DNA of 64,000 nucleotides. Origin: Candidatus Heimdallarchaeota archaeon. Its GTDB lineage: Archaea > Asgardarchaeota > Heimdallarchaeia > JABLTI01. The position numbers were made by a program, and so were the translations under genes. The DNA is taken from the NCBI GenBank assembly GCA_019058275.1, contig JAHLVW010000058.1, positions 1 to 64,000 of the forward strand, in the 5' to 3' direction. Of this stretch, positions 49,272 through 58,900 are shown piece after piece; the stretch's first letter is position 1; the number at the start of each line of letters is the position of its first letter. Below the pieces are notes generated by a model, which worked only from the letters and a program-made list of their open reading frames with translations, was not told the DNA's origin and did not search any database.

Positions 49272-50155
49272 TTATTTATCTGGCATTGTGATAACTGTCA
49301 ATGCTTTGTGAAGGCATTTGAACTCTTAAGGGTATTCACTATACATTTCTCCCATAAAGTGTATTGGGCGAGTTTTATCTCCAACGTTTTCTAAAACAAC
49401 TTTCTTACCATTGAATTGTTCAACTTTTTTGTGTTTAATGTGAGTACCTTTCTTCAAACGACTTAGGATATTTAATTTCTCAAAGAAATTAACATTACCT
49501 ACAAGTGAGATGTCAAGCAAACCATCATCAAAAATTGCATCTGGACATAAGATCATTTTATTTCCAGCACAAATTCCTTCCCAATGGCTACATCAAGAGC
49601 ATTAGCATCATGAACTATCTTACCATCATCAATTGTTAATTTCATAGGATGTGGTTTTTAAGTATTTATATTCTTCACTAAATTGTACATATATGCTCCT
49701 GGTGATTTTTGACCTAAACTTGCTTCAGGAACAGCCTCACTAATTCCTGCACCAACTATCCCTATAACATATCTCACCCCTTTGTTTACTTCGATACAAT
49801 CGATTTTTCTTTGTTGCTTTGTTAGAAGCATATCAACCATATCGTCAAGATTGTTTGAAATCTGCAAAGTAAAAGCATCATCGTTGCCACGACTAGCTGG
49901 TAAAATACAAAGAGTATTTTTAAAACCCGTTTGACCAATTCCAGTTAACACTTCATTAACGGTTCCATCACCACCATAAGCACAGATAATTTTGTGATCC
50001 TTGTAAGACTCTTTCACAATTCTAGTGGCATCATTAACATCTTTAGTCCATTCAACTTCAAAATCAAGTCCTGCTTCTTTAAAAGCAGTAACAAATTTGG
50101 GCCAATTTTTAAGACTATTACCAGCATAAGTTGTAGGATTACCAATAATTTTCAC
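49272..50155 (-). pseudogene. Diacylglycerol/lipid kinase family (YegS/BmrU-like), disrupted
   Basis: NP, YGGDGTVNEV, LPASRGND and PDA.FDDGLLD motifs. In-frame TAA at 49658 (NT*KPHP), a 1-nt deletion near 49580 (VAIG-N-GICAG), and a second in-frame TAA at 49326 (YP*EFKCLHKALTV). Confidence 0.85.
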
Positions 50156-50381
50156 TGAACTATCACCTGTTAAATACCTTATACTGCAAGAACAACATTC
50201 ATTTTAAATCTAGCAGTAAAGAATTGTAATTTTTTTCAAAAAGATCTGATTTTTTTTTAATTTTTTGCCACAACCATTTAGTTTTAATAGCAAAAAGATA
50301 GTAAAAAAGAGGAAGAGAAAATAAAGAGCGAGGTTTTTTTTGAAACCTAATCTTTACTTGGCTTAAGAAGGGACCAAGTCA

Positions 50382-53300
50382 ATGAGCATTCTACTGAAAA
50401 TTCACGATATGAGGTTAATAAAACTAATACTACCAATATACCTTATGGTAATAGCCATACTTATACCCATCTCTCTTAAATCATTATTAACATCAACAAG
50501 TGGACATTCAAGCAATGCTGTTCCAATAGCATTATTCTCATTATGGAATGATACCGCACCTACAATTGATGGTCAAATCGTTTTTAATTCAAGTTCACTT
50601 TCCACTGAATGGTCTGCAGCAGCTGTTTATTATCTGGTTGATAAGGTTAATAGTCCAGATTCCAAATTACTCCTTCAAAATAATGATGCAAATTTCTTTG
50701 TTGGACTGGATGCCACATCCCAGCTTAGTGATCCAGTAACTACTTGGGGTTTTGGAGTATATCTTGATAGAGATCATAATGGCATTTTAACTAGTTTTGA
50801 TAGAGCAATATTCTTGAATGATTCTGGTTCAGGTGAAATTGTAAGTTACAATTACTATAGTCAGACGATTAAAAATTGGATTGAGATAGATTCAGGACCT
50901 GTTGGAATAGCTTTCACATCTGGTATTTTAGTATCTACTGCATATACTGACTCCTTTTTTGAATCTAACAATCATCGTCAATATGAAGTAAGAATTCCTT
51001 TTACAGAGATTAATGTTCAATCAGGTGAAGTTACTGGAATGGCTTTTGAGATATTTCAAGATTTTGAGAATAATGATGATGAAATCACTTGGCCTTATAT
51101 TAGTTCCACACCGAGTGAATTACGAACAAATGCTGGACTATGGGGTGATATTCATTTTGGATTAAACACAAGCTTGAGCTATTACTATTCTAAATACTCT
51201 GTTGAAGAAAATACAAACATAAAATCTAGTGCTGTTGGATATAATAATGGTACATTTATTACTACTGGTGATATTAATGGTGATGGGGATCAAGAACTCA
51301 TTGTAAGCTCAAATCGTACCGTTGCTGGTGACAGCAATCTCTTAGCAATATACGATCATGCAGATGGTGGATTAATTCGCAATTGGACTTCATGGACAAC
51401 TAGTCACCAATCAAAAATGTTTCTAGTAAGAAGTATTGCAACCCACGATTTTGATGGTAATGATGAAGATGAAATCTTTCTAAGTGGAGAAGACAGTCGT
51501 ATCTTAAGATTATCTTCATGGAATGCTGGAAACAATGATTTTGATAGTTCTGATTATGCATTTTCTCATACGAGTGGTTTAACCGGTTATTTGGCTATTG
51601 GAGACATCAATAATGATGGTACCGCTGAACTAGTTTTCGGTGATCAGAATGGGTATGTAAATGCTCTTAAATATAACTCACTAACAAACAGTTTTAGACA
51701 TGATAAAAGATCACCTTTCACAGTAGCTGGTTTAAAGAAAATACATAGTATCACTTTGGGTGATATGGATGATGATGGTGAAACTGAAGTACTATTTCAA
51801 GGGCAAACCGATAGTCTAATACCTGAAACAAAGCTTTACATATATTTGCGATTCTTTTCTAAATTCCTTGATAATCCAGAAGATAATCTGCCATCAGATT
51901 CTGCTCCATCTACTGCTGATAGATTTGGTCATACTATTCTTGTTGAAGATGTCGATAATGATGGTATTACAGAGATTGTTACTGTGGGTCAAAATTATCT
52001 GAAAATTTTTGGGAAAGATACTTTCTTAGCAGCATTTCCTCCTTTGGAAATACAAATCAATGATGGCCTACAAGATCCAAAAATGGGAGGTGGAGCAGCA
52101 GTTGCAGATCTTAATGGTGATTCATTAAATGAGCTTATTTTTAGTTTTAATAATGGTACAATTATGGTTTTGAATATAACAGATAGCGGTAGTGATAATT
52201 TATCCTATGACATAGAATGGTCTGCTGATTATGGGTCTTCCTTTGGAAAAAGAAACTCGCTAAAAGTATTAGATATCGACAATGACAATGAAAATGAAAC
52301 AATAACTGGTGATGTATTCGGTCAAATATTGATTCTAGGTAAATCTTCTCCACCTGATATTACCATCACTTCACCAACAACTGGTTCGATTTTTTCATCC
52401 TCACCTATTGAAGTTGCATGGGATGCAACTGATGATTTAGCAATACATCATTATGACATATCAGTTGGAGAGGTTTTCAATGTAAGAATACCTGGATCAC
52501 AAACAAGCTTTATGATTCCTATTTCAGCAGCTGATAATCTCATAAAAGTAAATGCATTTGATGTAAATGGGAAAAATACCTCTGATAGTGTAATTGCTAA
52601 GTATAATGTATTGTCACCTCAAATAGATATTTCTAGTCCTGAAAATTATCTAATGACAGCAAATGATACTATAACTGTATTGTTTACAAATTCTAATCCA
52701 AATGGTGATTTTGATCATTATGAAATATATGTTAATGGTTTCAAAGAAGAAGATTACTGGATATTTAATTTCTATGTTGCTTCTCTACCTTCTGATGGTA
52801 TTTATAATATTACTATTGTAGGAATAGATTATTTGAGTAATGAAGGAAAAAGTTCTATTTTCATTACCAGAGATAGAACATCACCGAATATCGCTATAAC
52901 CTCACCTATATCTGGATCATATGTTAAAAGTGATGAAATCGATATACAATGGAGTGCTTCTGATTCTCTTAGTGGAATATCTCATTTTAATTTATATCTC
53001 GATAATGAATATTTACTCACCACAACAAATCAATTTCAAACAATCTTTCTTGATCGGGAAAAAACATATCAAATTAATGTTGAAGCATTTGATTTAGTTG
53101 GCAATTCCCAGTTCCATAATATTACTGTTAAGAAAGACTCAATACAGCCAAAGATAACAATTCTTTATCCTGAATCTGGATTCATTTCATCATCTAATCA
53201 GATAAATTTGGCTTGGGAAACAATAGATAATCTAGATGGTTCTGGGATACATCACTCTGAAGTAGTTGTTAACCATGTAACAAAATATACAGGAACTGAT

Positions 53301-55898
53301 GATTCAATTCTATTAGATCTTGTAGATGATGGGTTTAAAGATATTCTTGTAACTAGTTATGATAGAGCTGGTAATAGCAAAACAATCTATCTTTCTGTAA
53401 TTGTTGATCAAACTGATCCATTTGTCAAAATTATTAGCCCCGAAGATAATTTTGAAACTGGATTAACTTATGCAATCATAAGTTGGGAAAGTCAAGATAA
53501 TGGAACAGGCATAAACAAACATGAAATCTATGTTGATGGCGTTTTAACTGAAACAATAACTGATCCTACAATTGATTATTATCAAGTTGATTTATCCTTG
53601 GATAGCACTTCAATTATAACAGTTCAAGCACTTGATTATCTAAATAGAACATCTTCAGACAGTGTATCCATTATTCAAAATTCAACCTTACCAACAATTA
53701 ACATTATTGATCCAGCGAATCCTATGTCATATTATTCTACTGCCTCATTTGATATTTCTTGGGATATTGCAAATATTCCAAATCTAAATGGGTTTGAAAT
53801 TTTAAGAAACGGAACAAGTATGTATAATATAACAAACCTAAGTGATCGTAGTTATACAATTGATTTAGGTGAAATTCCATTAGACCAATATCATCTTCAC
53901 AATTTAACAATAATCGCAAATACAACAAATCCAGATGTTAAATTCTATGATTATTGTTGGATAATGATTGATCAGACAAAGCCAGTCATAACAATAACAA
54001 CTCCTGAAAATTATACTATGGTAATCCACCAAGGTTTGTATATACAATGGACAAGTTCTGATTTTGGATCTGGATTAAAAAACATCAAAATGAAAGTTAA
54101 TGGAGAATACTTGGTAATATGTTTCTGTTCAAGAAATGATTATTATCTTATTTTTAATGTTGGAGATGGATTATATACAATTGAAATTGAAGCATTTGAT
54201 TTTGCTAATAATATGAAAAGTAGTTTACTATATCTTGATGTTTACTTATTGCTTCCTGACTTTACAACTGATTTACCAAATACTTACTATACACAAACTG
54301 GAATTTTTCAGTTTGAGCTATTAATCAATAACCCTCAAACCGGCGTAAAAAGAATACAAGTAAAATTAGACAATAATGAGGTTTATACACGATATCATTA
54401 TGAAACATTAATAATAACCCAATTTTCAGTGCTCATAAATATTACAGATAGTCATTACAATGGTTTATTAAATGAACATACAATGATTATTGGTATTTTA
54501 GATTCATTCAATCGAGAATCTTTGCTAACCTATACAATAATTATTGATAATGAACCACCAGAACTACTTGGTTCTATAAGCATTGACTCTCAATCAATAA
54601 CTTCGAATTCTCATGAGCTACAACTTTATGAAGATTCAGCTCAAAATAATCATTCATTTTCCATAACTTTTACAGACAATTATGCAGTTCAAAGAGTAAC
54701 CATAACAATTGTTGGAGTAGATTATAACAAAACATTTGAAATGATTCCTAATCCAACAACTAGGTTGGATATTGTAACATTTAGCATTACAATCAATTTT
54801 GGTAATTTGATAGAAGAAAATTATGAGGTAATATTTACTGCCTATGATTTTGCTGGAAATAAGCAAAATATAACACTAAATTTAACAATATTACCAGAGG
54901 AGAAAACTCCTTGGCTATTCCAAGGGAATAATCTGATTTACTTTATAGTCAGTGGTATTTTTGTCATTGTTCTCTCTTTAGTTTGGACTGTAGGACTTAG
55001 AAAACCTTTGCTCAACAGAAATTGGCAAGACAATGTTATTGCTGTAATTTATGTTCGTAATACAGGTTTAACTTGTGTTTATGCACCATATTATCCAGAC
55101 ATAATACAAGAAGAGCAACTGTTTGGAGGAGCTATGATAGCTATTCAAAGCTTATTAGATGAGATTTCTGTTGAAGAAAAGAAGAGAACGAGATTAGAGA
55201 CTTTAGAAATAGGTGATAAAACACTTCTCATTGCATCTGGAATCTATGGTTTTGGTGCCTTGTTAACAAAGAAAGTCAAACCAAAACATAAGAATTCTGT
55301 GAAATCATTTACCAAGAAATTTGAATCAATCTATAAACGTCCTTTAGAAAGCTCATATTATGTTTCTTCAACTGAATTTACTGGATCGTTGAAATTAGTT
55401 GAACAATATTTTGGTTCATTGGATAATGGTGAGAGGGTTATTGCTGAAGAGGGATTAAGTCAACAATTAATTGAATTAAAAGAGAAGCGAGAAAAAGAAC
55501 CTAACATATTGATTGATATTGAAACAACAAACAAATACGTACTAAAGAAAATAACTCCAATTGATGATTTATTGAGTAAAATTTCAAGAGAAGCAAAGAA
55601 TCGGTTATTAAAAGTAATAGAAAATACTCCAAAAGTCATAATTGGCCTTGTAGAAAATAATTTTGATCAAACAGAAATAACTTTACAAGAAATAACTAAT
55701 GATCTAGAATTTTTACTACGAATTGAAAGATCAAACAAAGATTTTGATTACTTTATTAGAACAATGATCAACTTAACCCTGAATATCAGTTCGGGAATAG
55801 AAAATGGACGATCAGATAATGTGGCAGAGCTTCAAAATGCCATTGAATCTGCAAGTAAAATCTGGTTTGATGAAATAGTTGAGAAATGGTCGGCATAA
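50382..55898 (+). CDS. Giant type-I membrane receptor-like protein A: CBM9/DOMON-like + 7 FG-GAP + 9 Ig-like + TM + longin-like + helical tail
   Basis: APTIDG/RQYEVRIP domain; GDINGDG, HDFDGND, GDINNDG, GDMDDDG, EDVDNDG, ADLNGDS and LDIDNDN loops; P.I.I.SP...W...D..GN repeats; TM near 54930-55000; EEQLFGGAMIAI. Confidence 0.85.
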   Translation: MSILLKIHDMRLIKLILPIYLMVIAILIPISLKSLLTSTSGHSSNAVPIALFSLWNDTAPTIDGQIVFNSSSLSTEWSAAAVYYLVDKVNSPDSKLLLQNNDANFFVGLDATSQLSDPVTTWGFGVYLDRDHNGILTSFDRAIFLNDSGSGEIVSYNYYSQTIKNWIEIDSGPVGIAFTSGILVSTAYTDSFFESNNHRQYEVRIPFTEINVQSGEVTGMAFEIFQDFENNDDEITWPYISSTPSELRTNAGLWGDIHFGLNTSLSYYYSKYSVEENTNIKSSAVGYNNGTFITTGDINGDGDQELIVSSNRTVAGDSNLLAIYDHADGGLIRNWTSWTTSHQSKMFLVRSIATHDFDGNDEDEIFLSGEDSRILRLSSWNAGNNDFDSSDYAFSHTSGLTGYLAIGDINNDGTAELVFGDQNGYVNALKYNSLTNSFRHDKRSPFTVAGLKKIHSITLGDMDDDGETEVLFQGQTDSLIPETKLYIYLRFFSKFLDNPEDNLPSDSAPSTADRFGHTILVEDVDNDGITEIVTVGQNYLKIFGKDTFLAAFPPLEIQINDGLQDPKMGGGAAVADLNGDSLNELIFSFNNGTIMVLNITDSGSDNLSYDIEWSADYGSSFGKRNSLKVLDIDNDNENETITGDVFGQILILGKSSPPDITITSPTTGSIFSSSPIEVAWDATDDLAIHHYDISVGEVFNVRIPGSQTSFMIPISAADNLIKVNAFDVNGKNTSDSVIAKYNVLSPQIDISSPENYLMTANDTITVLFTNSNPNGDFDHYEIYVNGFKEEDYWIFNFYVASLPSDGIYNITIVGIDYLSNEGKSSIFITRDRTSPNIAITSPISGSYVKSDEIDIQWSASDSLSGISHFNLYLDNEYLLTTTNQFQTIFLDREKTYQINVEAFDLVGNSQFHNITVKKDSIQPKITILYPESGFISSSNQINLAWETIDNLDGSGIHHSEVVVNHVTKYTGTDDSILLDLVDDGFKDILVTSYDRAGNSKTIYLSVIVDQTDPFVKIISPEDNFETGLTYAIISWESQDNGTGINKHEIYVDGVLTETITDPTIDYYQVDLSLDSTSIITVQALDYLNRTSSDSVSIIQNSTLPTINIIDPANPMSYYSTASFDISWDIANIPNLNGFEILRNGTSMYNITNLSDRSYTIDLGEIPLDQYHLHNLTIIANTTNPDVKFYDYCWIMIDQTKPVITITTPENYTMVIHQGLYIQWTSSDFGSGLKNIKMKVNGEYLVICFCSRNDYYLIFNVGDGLYTIEIEAFDFANNMKSSLLYLDVYLLLPDFTTDLPNTYYTQTGIFQFELLINNPQTGVKRIQVKLDNNEVYTRYHYETLIITQFSVLINITDSHYNGLLNEHTMIIGILDSFNRESLLTYTIIIDNEPPELLGSISIDSQSITSNSHELQLYEDSAQNNHSFSITFTDNYAVQRVTITIVGVDYNKTFEMIPNPTTRLDIVTFSITINFGNLIEENYEVIFTAYDFAGNKQNITLNLTILPEEKTPWLFQGNNLIYFIVSGIFVIVLSLVWTVGLRKPLLNRNWQDNVIAVIYVRNTGLTCVYAPYYPDIIQEEQLFGGAMIAIQSLLDEISVEEKKRTRLETLEIGDKTLLIASGIYGFGALLTKKVKPKHKNSVKSFTKKFESIYKRPLESSYYVSSTEFTGSLKLVEQYFGSLDNGERVIAEEGLSQQLIELKEKREKEPNILIDIETTNKYVLKKITPIDDLLSKISREAKNRLLKVIENTPKVIIGLVENNFDQTEITLQEITNDLEFLLRIERSNKDFDYFIRTMINLTLNISSGIENGRSDNVAELQNAIESASKIWFDEIVEKWSA

Positions 55899-55948
55899 AA
55901 TAGAAATTTTAATTTTTTAAAAAATTAGAAAAGAGAAAGAATATTTGT

Positions 55949-58900
55949 TTAATATTCTTCATTTCTATATTCATTGTTTGCATTTTCTTCATAGTTTTCT
56001 TGGTAATAACTTACAGCAATATCTTGATTTGTTTGATGTGAAGTGTCATGTTCTGGTGTACTATAGTCTTGTGTATCTATTGTATTTAGCAATTGATCAG
56101 TTTGTCGTTGAAATATGTTCTTTCTAAAACCAAAAATACTTTCTACTAGTAATGGCGCACTTGAATATTCATTCAAATCAATGAGCTCTTGTGTTAAACT
56201 AAATTTGTAGGCTGTTTCAAAGTCATTTATGAATTGTTTTAACAATTCTTTCAGTTTTGATTTTACATCAGTAACTAATAGAATTCCATTACCAAAATAG
56301 CCAGAACAAATCATGAGTCTCTTGTCACCATATTCCATAACATGAACTTTCATTGCAACTTCAGTTTCACCAGTAATTTCACCGAGAATACTCATAATGC
56401 CAGTTAAAGCTCCACCAAAAAGCTGTTCATCTTCAAAAAGATCAGGTGAGTAAGGAACATAAGTCAATGTTAATCCTGTTTTTGTAACATAAGCAACAGC
56501 TACTATAGCGTCTTCCCATCCTCTATTCAATCTTTTTTTGCGTGTAGTAACTGAGAGTATTGCAGAAAGTAAAATTATAAATAGAATTCCGCCAGTACTT
56601 GGAATAACTATTGTAAATAGATTTTCTCTTAACCATTTACTGCCACCAATTGGAGGTGAAGTCGGAGGTCCATCTGAGCTTATTGTAATATTGAAGGAAT
56701 AACTACTTGAAATCGAATTCCCAGCAACATCTACTGCATCAAATTTAAATTCATAAACTCCTGCTGCGAAAATGTTGAAGTCAATTGTTACTTCAAAAAC
56801 AAATATATCACCTATTGATTGACCTTTGTTAAGAATCATATTATATTGAAATGTTGTTGTATCATTAGTAATATTAAGAGAAACTGAACCAACACCATTT
56901 GTATCTCTTGTTGTTATGCTTATATCATATACATTCTCATCATATACATCAGTAATTTCGAGAATATTCAAGTCCAAACTAATTCGTGTATCACCTAATA
57001 TTGGTCTATCAAAAATAGTAGGTGCTACATAATCAATTACTATGTCGACAAAAATATTACTCCATCGACTAGCTTGATCATAAACAGTAATTGTTAAATT
57101 GTGATCATCAATTTCTATAAGAAAATCATCATCTGTTATAGCAAATAGATAGGAATCTGGATCATACTGAATATCTCCTTCAAAATTAAGAGCGTCAACG
57201 ATAATAATATTATCAGCAATAATTTGAATTAATTCTACACCATATCCTACATTTGTTACTTGCACGTTGATTGGGAAATTGGGATCATTTGTTATTACAA
57301 ATGAAGGAAGATCAACATTGAATTCAGGTGGATTGGGATAAAATTCAACTATAATTGAAGAATTATCACAATTTCCTGCATAGTCAAATGCTGAGAGAGT
57401 TATATTATAGTATCCTTCCTCATATGATGATATATCTAATGTTGTATCAACAGAACTGCTTCCATAGTATTGGATCAATCTATTATTGATGTAGAGTATA
57501 TATTGATCAATTCCAGAACCAGTATCAAAACCAGACCATGAAATATAAAGCGAATCTTCAGGAATTTCATCATTGTTTTCAGGTGTAAGAATTGAAACTA
57601 GTGGTGAGGATTGATCAATAGTTACAAATCTCGATAATACCCAAGTATAAATTCCTCCATTATTTACTGCAATTGTAATATTTACTTCTGGAAAACTATC
57701 TTCAGGTATAATACCAATTATTGTAGTTACATCAACTAAATCAGAAAATGTTGTATTTGGATAACTATTATAATGAATTCCATCAACAAAGATTTCGAAA
57801 GTATCTAAGAAGATATTTGTAATTCCCCAAGAAACAAAAATTAAAGGAGAAGTTGAATAACTATAAAGGTCCTCTGGAATATTTATATAAAATGTAGGCG
57901 TATCAGCATCACGACGAACTAAAATTGTGTCCTCATCAAAATTGCCTAGGAAGTCAACTGCTTTGACAGTTATAATGTAATCTTTTTCTTCAGGAAGATC
58001 AACAAGATAGGATGATGTTGATATATCAGTGATAATTTCTACTAAAGTACCATTAACTATTATTTCATAATATTCAATTCCCGCTCCTTCATCAAATCCA
58101 TTCCATTTAACATTAACAGTATCTGAGCTAGTAACAAAATCATCTTCTGGAGATGTAATATTTACATCGGGATTTTGTGTATCATAAGCAATAATATAGA
58201 AATCAAATGCACTATTACCGGCAAAATCCCAAGCAATTATTCTTATTTCATTAGGTCCTTCAGAGCTTAGTAAGATAGTAGTATTTAGTACATCAGGTGA
58301 AAAATCGAAAGAAGTACCATCAACAATTAATTCAAATTTGTCTAATCCAGTTCCACCAACATTGTCTTCACCATACCAACTTACAAAAACAGACGAGATT
58401 GATGTGTAGTAATATCCTTCATAATTGGCTGGAAGAGATAATGAATCAAGATATGCGTAGGGAGTTCCTGTATCTCGAGTAATATAGACAATATCTTCAC
58501 TAAATTTTCCAATTGCATCATAAGCAACTACTTTCAATGAATATATATCATCTGATACCAAGGCAATATCAAGATAGGAATTTGAATATGATACTCCTAA
58601 TAATATCTCATTTCTATATACTTCACAATATTCTATCCAAGAACTGTCATCATAAGCATCCCAATAAAGATCTATAGTTGTAGATTTAATTGCTGATCCG
58701 TCTAAGGGAGATGTAATAGTAACTACAGGATTAACTGTATCTCGAATAACATAAACACTATCATTTGCTTCATTAGTTCCATCCGAAACAACAATTGTAA
58801 TTAACCATAATCCATCTGATGGTAAGTCAACATCCACATAATAATTATCAGATCCTATCGGTGTTGGGGTTACAGCTTGAAGGCTACTATTTCTGTATAC

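Noticed and set aside
49326-49660. Two in-frame TAA codons as stop-codon reassignment
   Set aside because: TAA is the commonest terminal stop in the window, and the same gene also has a frameshift.
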